A stretch of DNA of 64,000 nucleotides from Gammaproteobacteria bacterium. GTDB taxonomy: Bacteria; Pseudomonadota; Gammaproteobacteria; Eutrophobiales; Eutrophobiaceae. Below are positions 21,399-32,522 of this stretch, piece by piece; positions within the stretch are counted from its first letter, which is position 1; each line of letters starts with the position of its first letter. A program made the translations under genes and the position numbers. The notes under the pieces were generated by a model. The model had not been told where the DNA came from and did no database searches. It saw only the letters and a program-made list of their open reading frames with translations. The stretch covers positions 1,344,001 through 1,408,000 of the forward strand of contig OZ250183.1 of the NCBI GenBank assembly GCA_965238225.1, in the 5' to 3' direction.

Positions 21399-21935
21399 AT
21401 GAAACAAAATAACGCCTTGCATTTATTAACGCATCTCTCAGATAAACTGGAACAATTTAGTGATCTCACTGGACAGCTGATTTCATGGCTTGTTTTAACC
21501 ATGGTCTTGCTGGTGAGTTACGATGTTACCATGCGTTATTTTTTCTTGAGCGGTTCTGTCGCGCTACAGGAAATGGAATGGCACCTATTTTCCCTGATAT
21601 TCCTGCTTGGAGGCGCATACACCTTAAAACACGATGATCATGTCAGAATTGATATCTTTTATAAAAGCAAGTTCATGAATGATAAGCGCAGAGCGTGGTT
21701 TAATCTGTTTGGCAGCTTATTTCTATTACTTCCTTTTTGTATTCTAATCATTATTAATGTTTGGCCTTTCGTTTATCAATCTTATGTTCATCTAGAATAT
21801 TCTCCTGATCCAGGCGGCTTACCTTATCGCTGGATACTAAAGGCAAGTATACAATTGGGGTTTATATTCCTTTTGCTTCAAGGTGTTGCAGATATTATAA
21901 AAAATCTCAATATTATCTTCTTCAATAAATCATGA
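21399..21935 (+). CDS. dctQ: TRAP transporter small permease
   Basis: 4 TM; ALQEMEWHLF, HVRIDIFY, SPDPGGLP. Confidence 0.9.
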   Translation: MKQNNALHLLTHLSDKLEQFSDLTGQLISWLVLTMVLLVSYDVTMRYFFLSGSVALQEMEWHLFSLIFLLGGAYTLKHDDHVRIDIFYKSKFMNDKRRAWFNLFGSLFLLLPFCILIIINVWPFVYQSYVHLEYSPDPGGLPYRWILKASIQLGFIFLLLQGVADIIKNLNIIFFNKS

Positions 21936-23245
21936 CGACCGCTATTGTCGCCATGTTTGCTACGCTTATAACCATGTTATTAGCAGGCTATCCAGTTGCA
22001 TTCACTCTTGGCTCTGTCGCACTTTTATTCGGCGGCATTTTTTTAGGTCTGGATTTTTTCAGTTTACTTCCTCTGCAAATCTGGGGAATAATGAATAATT
22101 TCACACTGCTGTCTGTGCCATTGTTTATTTTCATGGGTATCACGCTGGATAAATCAGGTTTGGCTACAGACTTGCTGGAAACCATGGGATTATTATTTGG
22201 CAAGATGCGAGGTGGTCTTGCAGTATCAGTAGTAGTAGTTGGTGCATTACTGGCCGCAACCACAGGTATTGTCGGCGCAACAGTTGTAACGATGGGTATT
22301 ATTGCACTACCGACTATGCTCAAACATTACTATTATCCCCCGCTTGCCTTAGGAACCATTGCTGCGTCCGGCACATTGGGTCAGATCATACCGCCTAGCA
22401 TCATACTTATCCTGCTTGGTGATGTGATGGGCGTGCCTGTAGGTCGTCTTTTTATTGGCGCTGTGATTCCAGGAACAATATTGATTACATTTTTCTTGTT
22501 ATACATTCTTTGTGTTTCCTGGATAAAACCAGATATTGCACCTGCGCTGAAAAATAATAAAAACGAATATCTACTCAAAAAAGTTATATTTACATTACTG
22601 CCACCCTTGCTATTAATTGCCAGTGTTCTCGGTTCAATCTTTATCGGTATCGCATCGCCTACTGAGTCTGCTGCAATCGGAGCTCTGGGCGCTATGATAC
22701 TTTCTATTGCTTACAAAAAATTTACTATAGACAAACTAAAATCTTCCATGCAACTTACAGTGCGCCTAACCAGCATGGTCTTTATGATTTTAATTGGTGC
22801 CATCGCATTTGGTTTAGTATTTCGTGGCATGGGAGGAGCAACGCTGGTTCGTGAAGTAATGACAAGCATTCCCGGTGGTATTTGGGGTTTTATGTTTGTC
22901 AGTATGTTTTTAATCTTCATTCTAGGTTTCTTTCTGGACTTTCTACAAATCTGTTTTATTGTCATACCAATCATTGTACCAATTGCAAATCTTCTGGACA
23001 TCAATTTACTCTGGTTGGCAATTTTAATTGGTCTCAACCTGCAAACATCCTTTCTAACACCCCCGTTTGGTTTTTCATTGTTTTACTTGAAGGCTGTTGC
23101 ACCCCCGGAAATAAAAATTCAGGATATTTATCGCGGAATAATGCCTTTCGTGATGATACAGATTTTAACTTTAATATTATTAATTCTATTTCCAAAGCTC
23201 ATCACATGGCTACCGGATTTAATGGATAGAATAAACGGACTTTAG
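21932..23245 (+). CDS. dctM: TRAP transporter large permease
   Basis: GYPVAFTL, SGTLGQIIPPS, NLQTSFLTPPFG. Confidence 0.93.
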   Translation: MTTAIVAMFATLITMLLAGYPVAFTLGSVALLFGGIFLGLDFFSLLPLQIWGIMNNFTLLSVPLFIFMGITLDKSGLATDLLETMGLLFGKMRGGLAVSVVVVGALLAATTGIVGATVVTMGIIALPTMLKHYYYPPLALGTIAASGTLGQIIPPSIILILLGDVMGVPVGRLFIGAVIPGTILITFFLLYILCVSWIKPDIAPALKNNKNEYLLKKVIFTLLPPLLLIASVLGSIFIGIASPTESAAIGALGAMILSIAYKKFTIDKLKSSMQLTVRLTSMVFMILIGAIAFGLVFRGMGGATLVREVMTSIPGGIWGFMFVSMFLIFILGFFLDFLQICFIVIPIIVPIANLLDINLLWLAILIGLNLQTSFLTPPFGFSLFYLKAVAPPEIKIQDIYRGIMPFVMIQILTLILLILFPKLITWLPDLMDRINGL

Positions 23246-23264
23246 AAAATAAACAGATAAAAAA

Positions 23265-24116
23265 CTACCTTGCAGCCACATACCTGCCTCTCAAACCTTC
23301 AATCACCTTGCTGGTGTCAGGACGAACCCCCCTCCAAATAAAAAAAGATTCCGCAGCTTGTTCAACAAGCATACCTAAACCATCAAATGTTTTACTCGCA
23401 CCGTGTGCCTTAGCCCAAGAAACAAAAATTGTATCGCTCATCGAATACATCATATCGTAGCAACACGCATTATCATTAAAAAGATTTTCAGGCAGCGATG
23501 GAACAGTACCCTGCAAGCTAGTCGATGTACCATTTATTACGATATCAAAACTACTTCCGACGAGCCCATCGAACCCGCAAGCTGAGATATCGCCACGATC
23601 AGAAAAAATATCAACAAGCTCACTGGCACGGCTAACCGTACGATTTGCAACAACAATCTTTCCTGCCTGTTCATCGAATAATGGATCTAAAATCCCTCTA
23701 ACGGCACCACCTGCCCCAAGCACTAAAATATCTTTACCTTTGATCGGTAATTTCTTATTGATTGTTAAATCACGAACTAGTCCAACACCATCTGTGTTAT
23801 CACCAACTATTTTTCCAGTATTAAGGCTAACTGTATTGACAGCCAGTGCGCGTTCAGCCCTGCTGCTTCTATTTTCCGAGATTTCCCATGCCTCGCCCTT
23901 AAATGGCACTGTGATATTCAAACCTTTGCCGCCTTGCGCTTGAAATTCTTTTATTGCCTTTTTAAATTCTCTATCATCAACCTGAATAGCTTGGTATAAA
24001 ATATTTTGCTGAGTTTGTTCTGCAAATGCAGTATGAATCTCAGGAGATTTGCTATGCGTGACAGGATTACCTATCACACAGTAGTTATTGACTGATGGAT
24101 CTATGTTTATTTTCAT
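23265..24116 (-). CDS. aroE: Shikimate dehydrogenase
   Basis: GNPVTHSKSP, NITVPFK, NTDGVG, GAGGA, GLGMLVEQAA. Confidence 0.96.
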   Translation of the reverse strand: MKINIDPSVNNYCVIGNPVTHSKSPEIHTAFAEQTQQNILYQAIQVDDREFKKAIKEFQAQGGKGLNITVPFKGEAWEISENRSSRAERALAVNTVSLNTGKIVGDNTDGVGLVRDLTINKKLPIKGKDILVLGAGGAVRGILDPLFDEQAGKIVVANRTVSRASELVDIFSDRGDISACGFDGLVGSSFDIVINGTSTSLQGTVPSLPENLFNDNACCYDMMYSMSDTIFVSWAKAHGASKTFDGLGMLVEQAAESFFIWRGVRPDTSKVIEGLRGRYVAAR

Positions 24117-24153
24117 TTAACCGCGACTAATTAGAACAAATGAAATGAAAAGA

Positions 24154-25203
24154 CTAATTCTTGCCTTTGCCACCACCCATTAAACCGTTCTTGAGACAGA
24201 CAACATCCAGACCACGCTCACTTAATAAAAATGCTGCTGCTGCACTGCGTCTACCAGTATCACAATAGAGAATATATTGCTTATCTGCAGAAAGCATTCC
24301 AACCTTTAGTCGCAACATAAATAATGGAATATTGATACTTTCCTCTTTAAGTCCATCATGTTTGTACTCACTATCTAGTCGCACATCAAGCCAAACAGCG
24401 CCATCTTTTACCATCTCATCACCTTCTTTCTTGGTAACCCAAGTCAACATAGGCTCTTTCAATAATTCGTTAAAATCTTTTTTTGCCAAGCGCATCAACA
24501 CACCATCTGTTACCATCACAACATTGGCATTACGTTTGGCATCTGACAAAAGTGCCTCTTCTCCAAACGAGACACCGCTTTTGAGTGTTGCAAGCAACAA
24601 TTCAGAACCAGTTTTTGACGCTCTAGTGACTTTGCATTGTCCATTTTTAATAATGTAGTAAAAATCAGCATCATCACCTTGATTAATAATGACATCTCCT
24701 GCCTTGGTCGATATTTCCTGAATACGCATAAACATTGCCTGGATATTCCCTGGCGGCACTTGCAAAAATGCTTTTGACTGCAAGATTCTGATCATCCAAT
24801 CCTCTTCTTCTGCGTTTTCCGTCTGGATTTCATCAACCGTGATACCTGTTACCTGATCCCAAGTCATCAAGATATCCAACAGATCTCTGTCTACACGAAT
24901 AATTTTGCAAACAGATTTAGCAACACCTGTATATCTGCGTGGCTGGAAGTTAGCTAAAGGATGCTTCCCGGCTTGAGTTCCTGCAACGACAGAAATGCTT
25001 TTACCATTACTTGCGGTCATTACAGCCTCGCCTTCAAGCAAGTAGATCGTTTTATTGTCGGTATCGCCTTGCTCAAATAGCGTTTTACCTGCCACAATTT
25101 CTTCGGAAAATGTTTTGTTTGCAAGCTCCTGAAATTTTTTAGGATTTAATTCGCTAAGCGGTACAAACGATCTTAGCAGTGTCTCATCAACCAATTCGGT
25201 CAT
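24154..25203 (-). CDS. Tandem cNMP-binding domain protein with C-terminal rhodanese domain
   Basis: Two cNMP folds (LFEQGD...; IINQGD...FGEEALLSDAKRNANV), then WLDVR...YCDTGRRS. Confidence 0.85.
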   Translation of the reverse strand: MTELVDETLLRSFVPLSELNPKKFQELANKTFSEEIVAGKTLFEQGDTDNKTIYLLEGEAVMTASNGKSISVVAGTQAGKHPLANFQPRRYTGVAKSVCKIIRVDRDLLDILMTWDQVTGITVDEIQTENAEEEDWMIRILQSKAFLQVPPGNIQAMFMRIQEISTKAGDVIINQGDDADFYYIIKNGQCKVTRASKTGSELLLATLKSGVSFGEEALLSDAKRNANVVMVTDGVLMRLAKKDFNELLKEPMLTWVTKKEGDEMVKDGAVWLDVRLDSEYKHDGLKEESINIPLFMLRLKVGMLSADKQYILYCDTGRRSAAAAFLLSERGLDVVCLKNGLMGGGKGKN

Positions 25204-25289
25204 GAATTTTTATGTCCTTAGTATTCACATTTATTAAATTCTATATCAAACAATCTAGTGTATGAATTTATCATTATATTTACAGACTA

Positions 25290-25564
25290 TCCTGCCATAG
25301 AAGAGATGCCATACAGGCAACAGTGAAACACTACATTAAAACGGAAAGAACATTCTTAGCCCGAACCATGCCTGCATAAAAAAGCGACAAGCCCAGAATG
25401 GTCATAAATAATACTAATTACGGTAGCCGTAATCATCCATGACGTGTGTCGCCAGCACTCAGATCATCGGCTATGGCTAAAGATGGTGCGAGTAGCCCTG
25501 TGATTAATACATGCAGGTATGCCAGTCCTCTGTGCTTTTTAAAACTACCAATTAATGATTTCAT
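25290..25564 (-). pseudogene. amtB: Ammonium transporter relic, 5' fragment (copy downstream of glnK)
   Basis: GGAGG plus ATG at 25564; reads ...ADDLSAGDT / SWMITATV / LVLFMTILGLSLF / YAGMVRAKNVLSVLM*CF with frameshifts; rest of gene absent. Confidence 0.85.
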
Positions 25565-25587
25565 CTAAAATGCCTCCCAAATTACCT

Positions 25588-25920
<333 letters not shown>

Positions 25921-26057
25921 TTAGCGGAAACGACTCATGAAATACCGCCCTGAGTATGCGATTAACACAAATTTTTAAACGCATTTGGAAAGAGTGATCC
26001 ACGAAAAGCCGGGTGCTAAAGCACACACTTTGAGAGATGAATGATTTGAAATGTCTC

Positions 26058-26740
26058 TGGAGATCGAGACCTTCTATCTCTTCATCTTCACTCACGCGAA
26101 GTCCAATCATCGCATCATTAGAATATAAAAACGCCACAATATAATAGTGAGAGACAGCCACTGATTAAAAATTTTGAACCAGGCTAAAAAACGCGCCAAT
26201 AATACCACCAACGGAATGGATACCAAATACATCCGGTAACCCATCTTACGTTTAAGCGTGCTTGCAGCCTTGAAACAGCATCCCAGCAAGTGGGCCCGAT
26301 CAGGCTGACTACAGTCACAACCCAGTGCACTGCTTTTGTCCATTAAAATCCATTAATTATTAATTACAGCCATTGCCATACCACAATCAGCAGCCAAACT
26401 TAGGCAGGGTTAGTGGTAGATTATAATACTTGGGAAACTTAAATAGGCTAACCTTGCATTGAGAAACCGTAGCAAAATCAAGTATGTCGCCATGGTATAG
26501 GCTCGTCATTTCTTGTAGTCTGACGATCATAATTATTTCATTTCAGGAATTGCAATCAGCTGGCCATACCAAAACCGCCCCAGAAGCTAATCTGACTATA
26601 TACATATAAAACCCAGTATTGTTACAAACTTCAAAAATTGCTGATAAAATTTGCGAACCAATAAAACCAAGCCCGGAATGGTCATAAATAATACTAAAGT
26701 GATTTTGTTCAGACAATAAAAGAGTCCTGTGATTCAGTAA
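26058..26740 (-). pseudogene. amtB: Heavily deleted ammonium transporter relic (copy upstream of glnK)
   Basis: Colinear AmtB motifs in mixed frames: LVLFMTIPGL, ILDFA, NLPLTL, LAAD..GMAMAV, KSSALG, LKRKMGY, DVFGIHSVGGIIGAFLA, IGLRVSEDEEIEGLDL. Confidence 0.85.
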
Positions 26741-26837
26741 TGCGATCTAATCCCAAATTCTAGAACCAATAATGCGAGTTATTCTGTACGATTCATCAAA
26801 ATGCTGGATTCATCACAAAAACAGTACTCTGAGAGCC

Positions 26838-27224
26838 ATGAAATTGAAATTTGAAGAAATTGCGCGACAGGTTCTGGATAAACTTCCATCTGATCTTGGC
26901 AAAATACAGTCACAATTTGCTTGTCTAAAAATTATTATTAATATACATAACAATAACTTAGGCAAAAAGTGCGTCATTTATTTTTTTGATGCATTTTAAT
27001 AAAACCAATGATGCAAGTGATTTTGTTACAATAAGATCCTGAGAGAGCAATAAAATCTTAAATCTGCGTTACAAGCTACTTTCTCTAGAATAGATCTCGT
27101 CTCACGAGAAGAATTTGATATCCAGACAGAATTACTCTCTCGCACACGTGCTTTGCTTGAAGAATTAGAAAAAAAAACCAGTGTCTTGGAGAAAATTATC
27201 TTGGAGAAAACAAAAAAACCATGA
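26838..27224 (+). pseudogene. ubiK: Ubiquinone biosynthesis accessory factor UbiK, interrupted
   Basis: MKLKFEEIARQVLDKLPSDLGKIQ, then ~130 bp of extra DNA with stops, then NLKSALQATFSRIDLVSREEFDIQTELLSRTRALLEELEKK; usual position between glnK/amtB and comM. Confidence 0.8.
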
Positions 27225-27417
27225 TCTGCGCAAAAATATCATGATGTTTAAGGTCAGATATTTAATGAATATTAATTGACATAGCGCCCCTTCATCATAT
27301 GATGAATACTAAACTATTGGTATTTTTTAAGTAGTATCCTTGGGGATAACTATCTAGAAAAACTATAAAAGAGAGGGCTTTTGAGTCTGCAAATCAGCAG
27401 ATTATCGACGTCAATGG

Positions 27418-28935
27418 ATGATGAGTATCGCAATCACCTACAGCCGCGCACAAGTTGGCATTCAGGCACCACTGGTCACCATAGAAATTCATATCACACG
27501 GGGACTCCCCAGTCTTTCCATTGTTGGATTACCTGAAACGACGGTTAAAGAGAGTAAAGATAGAGTCCGTAGTGCTCTATTAAATAATCATTTTGAATTT
27601 CCCTTGGGTCGTATCACTATTAACCTTGCGCCTGCCGATTTACCTAAAGATGGGGCGCGTTTTGATTTGGCTATTGCCATGGGTGTCCTTGCAGCATCAG
27701 GACAAATACCCAAAGATTCACTGAATCAATATGAATTTGCTGGTGAACTGGCCTTGACTGGGGAACTTCGTTCCGTAAAAGGCATGCTGCCTTTTACTCA
27801 TGCCTGTTCACAACAAAACCACAAACTAATATTGCCCAGCTTAAATGCAAATGAAGCAGCACTTGTCTCTAATACAAAAATCTATCCAGCTGTGCATTTG
27901 ATGGAAGTTTGCTCACATATACACGGTGATGATCAGATTCCCTTATACACAGACAAACCTGAGATTGAAGATATTCATAGTCACTATGATTTCTCAGATG
28001 TGTGTGCTCAAAATCATGCCAAACGTGCCTTAGAAATCGCGGCAGCGGGTGGTCATAACCTAATCATGATTGGTCCGCCTGGTACAGGTAAAACTATGTT
28101 GGCAGAACGATTGCCCGGTATCTTACCGCCAATGACAGAACTGCAGGCATTGGAATCAGCAGCGGTCACCTCGGTGAGCAATCAAGGGTTCGATCCAAAA
28201 ACATGGAGACGACGCCCAATACGACATCCACATCACACGGCATCCGGCGTTGCTTTGGTCGGCGGCGGCAGTAATCCGCGCCCTGGTGAAATATCACTGG
28301 CACATCACGGCATCTTGTTTCTTGATGAATTGCCAGAATTTGATCGTCGTGTATTGGAAGTATTAAGAGAGCCTTTAGAGTCTGGGCGTATTGTGATTTC
28401 ACGTGCTGCAAACCAGGCTGAATTTCCCGCCGAATTCCAACTCATTGCCGCGATGAACCCCTGTCCCTGTGGCTACCTAGGTGATGCAAGCGGTCGTTGT
28501 AACTGTACAGAAGATCAAATCCGTCGTTACCGGCAAAAAATATCAGGGCCACTGCTTGATAGAATTGATATCCACATTGAAGTAGCAAAGGTAGCAAAAG
28601 AAGTCTTCCGGCAAAGTCAAAGCGCAAACACAGAAGACAGTCAAACCATACAAAAGCGTGTTGCCAAAGCTTACCAATTACAATTAAACCGATCAGGCAA
28701 AGCTAACCACAAACTTACAAACAAGGAGGTGAATCAATATTGCAAGATCAATGATACTGGGTCACAACTACTTAACACTGCAATAGATCGTTTAGGTTTA
28801 TCTGCCCGCGCTATCCATCGCATCCTGAAGGTTGCCAGAACCATTGCTGATTTATCAGCTACAATATCAATAGACTCAGCGCATTTAAGTGAAGCCATCA
28901 GTTACAGACGTTTAGATAGAAAAAATCTTGTGTAA
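27418..28935 (+). CDS. comM: YifB/ComM Mg-chelatase-like AAA+ ATPase
   Basis: IVGLPETTVKES, NLAPADLPK, GPPGTGKT, GEISLAHHGILFLDE, SGPLLDRID. Confidence 0.95.
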   Translation: MMSIAITYSRAQVGIQAPLVTIEIHITRGLPSLSIVGLPETTVKESKDRVRSALLNNHFEFPLGRITINLAPADLPKDGARFDLAIAMGVLAASGQIPKDSLNQYEFAGELALTGELRSVKGMLPFTHACSQQNHKLILPSLNANEAALVSNTKIYPAVHLMEVCSHIHGDDQIPLYTDKPEIEDIHSHYDFSDVCAQNHAKRALEIAAAGGHNLIMIGPPGTGKTMLAERLPGILPPMTELQALESAAVTSVSNQGFDPKTWRRRPIRHPHHTASGVALVGGGSNPRPGEISLAHHGILFLDELPEFDRRVLEVLREPLESGRIVISRAANQAEFPAEFQLIAAMNPCPCGYLGDASGRCNCTEDQIRRYRQKISGPLLDRIDIHIEVAKVAKEVFRQSQSANTEDSQTIQKRVAKAYQLQLNRSGKANHKLTNKEVNQYCKINDTGSQLLNTAIDRLGLSARAIHRILKVARTIADLSATISIDSAHLSEAISYRRLDRKNLV

Positions 28936-29005
28936 AAAATGAAATTCTATAAAAAATAAATTTATAAGCTTGCGCGTATAGATTAATTGAGGTCAAATTG
29001 AAATC

Positions 29006-29383
29006 ATGCAAACTGAACATGATATAGATATCGTTGTAGAAACAGATTACCTTCAGAATCAATCCGATCCGGATAATAAGCGATATGTATTTTCCTATAC
29101 CATCACCATCAAAAATAATGGATCAGTTGCCGCTCAATTGCTCAGACGTCGCTGGTTAATAACAGATGCCAATGACAAAACTCAAGAAGTCCGTGGAAAT
29201 GGTGTCATTGGTAAACAGCCATATCTACAAACAGGAGAAAAATTTACCTACACGAGTGCTACAATAATAGAAACACCCTTTGGCTATATGCGGGGAGGTT
29301 ATTATTTGATTGCTGATGATGGAATAGAATTTTATACAGCAATTCCTGCTTTCGGACTTTCCGCTCCGCATAGCTTGCATTAA
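29006..29383 (+). CDS. apaG: ApaG protein
   Basis: YVFSYTITI...QLLRRRWLITD...GNGVIGKQP. Confidence 0.95.
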   Translation: MQTEHDIDIVVETDYLQNQSDPDNKRYVFSYTITIKNNGSVAAQLLRRRWLITDANDKTQEVRGNGVIGKQPYLQTGEKFTYTSATIIETPFGYMRGGYYLIADDGIEFYTAIPAFGLSAPHSLH

Positions 29384-29397
29384 GCCCCTCAAATAAC

Positions 29398-30213
29398 ATG
29401 TCGACTTATGCAATTGGCGATATCCAAGGTTGTTTCAAAGAACTGCTTCAATTACTAGACGAAATTAATTTTGACGAAACAAATGATCGGCTATGGTTTA
29501 CGGGAGATCTCGTTAACCGAGGGCCAGCTTCACTTGAGGTATTAAATTTTGTTATGAAACTAGGTGGGTCAGCCATCACCGTCCTTGGTAATCACGACCT
29601 TCATCTTGTCGCCATTTTTGCAGGATTGACCAAACAAAAAGAGGCAGATACATTAACTCCTGTTCTTGTCTCGCCAGACAAAAATAAATTGATTACATGG
29701 ATACGAAAGCAATCATTAATGCATCATGATAAAGAATTAAACTTTTCTATAATCCATGCAGGTCTTCCTCCGCAGTGGGAAATTGACCAAGCATTGCAAT
29801 TATCTTCTGAAGTTACTCAGGCATTAAATGGTAAAAATTATCTTTCATTTCTTGCTGCTATGTATGGCAATAAGCCTAATATCTGGGATGAAAATTTAAC
29901 GGGCAATGATCGCCTGAGATTTATTGTAAATTGTTTTACGCGCATGCGTTATCTTGACAATAAACATGAATTAGACTTCTCTGAAAAAGGCGCGTGTGGT
30001 TCGCAAGGCAAACACTTAACACCATGGTTCATGATCAATGACAGAAAGACCAAGCATGACAAAATCATTTTTGGTCATTGGTCAACAGTACGTTTAGGAA
30101 CCATTCGAGACTTTACACCTTATAATGTTTACCCTGTAGATACAGGCTGTCTCTGGGGTGGAAAATTAACAGCGATGCGCCTAGAAGATGAGAAGCAGTT
30201 CAGTATACCGTAA
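29398..30213 (+). CDS. apaH: Symmetrical bis(5'-nucleosyl)-tetraphosphatase
   Basis: GDIQGC, GDLVNRGP, LGNHD, FGHWS, DTGCLWGG. Confidence 0.96.
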   Translation: MSTYAIGDIQGCFKELLQLLDEINFDETNDRLWFTGDLVNRGPASLEVLNFVMKLGGSAITVLGNHDLHLVAIFAGLTKQKEADTLTPVLVSPDKNKLITWIRKQSLMHHDKELNFSIIHAGLPPQWEIDQALQLSSEVTQALNGKNYLSFLAAMYGNKPNIWDENLTGNDRLRFIVNCFTRMRYLDNKHELDFSEKGACGSQGKHLTPWFMINDRKTKHDKIIFGHWSTVRLGTIRDFTPYNVYPVDTGCLWGGKLTAMRLEDEKQFSIP

Positions 30214-30221
30214 CAACAAAA

Positions 30222-30710
30222 TCAAGCAACTCGCTCCAGCACCACAAAACTATAATCAAAATCATTCTGCTCATCCGTTAAGTGCGCTTCTCTTTCTACT
30301 TCAATCCATTCGCCCTTATCAAACTCAGGAAAATAAACATCGCCTTTTACATCTGCATGCACTTCTGTTAAATAAAGCCTGTGGGCGCTTGCCAATGATT
30401 TATTATAAACACCTGAACCGCCCATTATCATAACTTCTTCAACATCTCCTGCAACTTGAAATGCATCATCCAATAAATGAACCACCACACAACCTTCAGC
30501 TTTAAATTCTTTCGAACGACTTAGAATAATATTCTTCCTGCCCGGCAAGGGTCGGCCTACGGATTCATGAGTTTTACGTCCCATAATTAAAGGCTTGCCC
30601 ATGGTGACTTTTTTAAAATGTTTCAGATCTGCCGACAAGCGCCAAGGCAAACTACCCTCTAAACCAATCACACCCTTTTTATCCATGGCAACAATGATTG
30701 AAATAATCAT
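30222..30710 (-). CDS. folA: Dihydrofolate reductase
   Basis: MIISIIVAM...LPWRLSADLKHFK...IMGRKT...PLPGRKNI; start placed at ATG 30710. Confidence 0.96.
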   Translation of the reverse strand: MIISIIVAMDKKGVIGLEGSLPWRLSADLKHFKKVTMGKPLIMGRKTHESVGRPLPGRKNIILSRSKEFKAEGCVVVHLLDDAFQVAGDVEEVMIMGGSGVYNKSLASAHRLYLTEVHADVKGDVYFPEFDKGEWIEVEREAHLTDEQNDFDYSFVVLERVA

Positions 30711-30717
30711 AACAAAT

Positions 30718-31512
30718 TTAAACTGCAATATCCGCTTTGATAGCAGGATGGCATTTATATTCCTGTAAATCAAAGTCTTCATATTTAAAATCAAATATCG
30801 AGTCTACCGTTGGGTTAAGTTTCATTTTTGGCAACGCAAAAGCCTTACGAGTTAGCTGTTTGCTAGCTTGCTCTCGATGGTTAAGGTAAAGATGTGCATC
30901 GCCTAAAGTAATTATAAATTCTCCTAACTTCAATCCGCAAATCTGCGCTATCATCATGGTTAATAAAGCATAGGAGGCAATATTAAAAGGCAGTCCGAGG
31001 AAAATATCCGCACTGCGTTGGTATAATTGACAGGATAATTTCCCATTGGCGACATAAAATTGAAAAAATGCGTGACAAGGTGGCAATGCCATTTTGTCCA
31101 ATTCGCCTACATTCCAAGCACTGACAATCAAGCGGCGTGAATCTGGGTTATTTTTTATCTGTTTAATGACATCTGTTATTTGGTCTAAGGTTCTGCCGTC
31201 TGCTGTTTTCCATGTTCGCCATTGTGCGCCATAAATTCGACCTAGATTACCCTGCTCATCTGCCCATTTATTCCAAATAGTCACGCCATTGTCTGTTAGA
31301 TATTTAGTGTTAGTATCGCCTTTTAAAAACCATAACAATTCATAGATAATCGATTTTATATGCAGCTTCTTAGTGGTTATAGCAGGGAATCCGTCTTGCA
31401 AATCAAAACGCATTTGATAACCAAACGTGCTAATAGTACCAGTGTCGGTTCGGTCTTCTTTTTTGACACCATGCTCTTTAACGTATTTTATTAAATCTAG
31501 GTATTGTTTCAT
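30718..31512 (-). CDS. thyA: Thymidylate synthase
   Basis: [33 protein letters not shown]. Confidence 0.98.
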   Translation of the reverse strand: MKQYLDLIKYVKEHGVKKEDRTDTGTISTFGYQMRFDLQDGFPAITTKKLHIKSIIYELLWFLKGDTNTKYLTDNGVTIWNKWADEQGNLGRIYGAQWRTWKTADGRTLDQITDVIKQIKNNPDSRRLIVSAWNVGELDKMALPPCHAFFQFYVANGKLSCQLYQRSADIFLGLPFNIASYALLTMMIAQICGLKLGEFIITLGDAHLYLNHREQASKQLTRKAFALPKMKLNPTVDSIFDFKYEDFDLQEYKCHPAIKADIAV

Positions 31513-31632
31513 TATGTTTTACTTACATTACGTTTAGTGTTTTCCCGTCATGCATGGTTCATTATCTAAAAATACACAACTATATGGATACAAAAATTAA
31601 AACAAAGCACAAAACAAAGCCAAAAAATAATC

Positions 31633-32433
31633 TTAAGCGCGCTGTTGCAAATCCCTACAGGACAAAACCAGTAAAATTATACCGAGTAATATCATGGGCA
31701 AGGATAATGCCTGCCCCATTGTCACCCAACCAAATGCCAAATAACCTAGCTGCGCATCAGGTTCTCGTATCAATTCAATACTACTGCGAAATACTCCGTA
31801 GCCTAGTAAAAATAAACCAGATACTGCCATCTTTGGACGAGGTCTAGCAGAGTAAATCCACAGAATAATAAATAACACCAATCCTTCCAATAAGGCTTCA
31901 TATAATTGCGATGGATGTCTGGGTACGCTGCCCGCGTAAGGGTTAGGAAAAACCATTGCCCAAGGAAGCTCTGAAGGCATACCCCAGAGTTCACCATTAA
32001 TAAAATTACCAATCCGACCACAACCCAATCCTACAGGAACAGCAGGTATGATAAAATCTGTCACATTGAAAATATTGGTGTTTGTTTTTCGAGCAAACCA
32101 AGCCATTGCTAGAAAAACACCAATAAGCCCTCCATGAAAAGACATCCCCCCTTGATTGATTTTGAATATATCAATTGGATGATCGAGATAATAAGGCAGA
32201 TTGTAAAACAACACCGAACCCAAACGTCCGCCAATAATAATACCCAACATAGCATAAAAAACCATGTCATCAACATGCTTCTGTTTCCATCCTGATAAAG
32301 GATTTTTTCTCGCGCGCCAGCGTAATAAGAGCCATGCAGTGACGATGCCAATAACATAAGTAACGCCATACCAATGGATCTTTATTGAACTTAAGGTAAA
32401 TGCTACGGGATCAATATCTGGATAATTCAACAT
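31633..32433 (-). CDS. lgt: Prolipoprotein diacylglyceryl transferase
   Basis: IHWYG, GGMSFHGG, GRIGNFINGEL, HPSQLYE. Confidence 0.97.
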   Translation of the reverse strand: MLNYPDIDPVAFTLSSIKIHWYGVTYVIGIVTAWLLLRWRARKNPLSGWKQKHVDDMVFYAMLGIIIGGRLGSVLFYNLPYYLDHPIDIFKINQGGMSFHGGLIGVFLAMAWFARKTNTNIFNVTDFIIPAVPVGLGCGRIGNFINGELWGMPSELPWAMVFPNPYAGSVPRHPSQLYEALLEGLVLFIILWIYSARPRPKMAVSGLFLLGYGVFRSSIELIREPDAQLGYLAFGWVTMGQALSLPMILLGIILLVLSCRDLQQRA

Positions 32434-32522
32434 AGGATTTGGAGTTTATCCATTATACCTGAACTGGATAATTTAGACTGAAAAAATATTGTTTATATAA
32501 GGCAGCTGTTATCATCCTTAGC

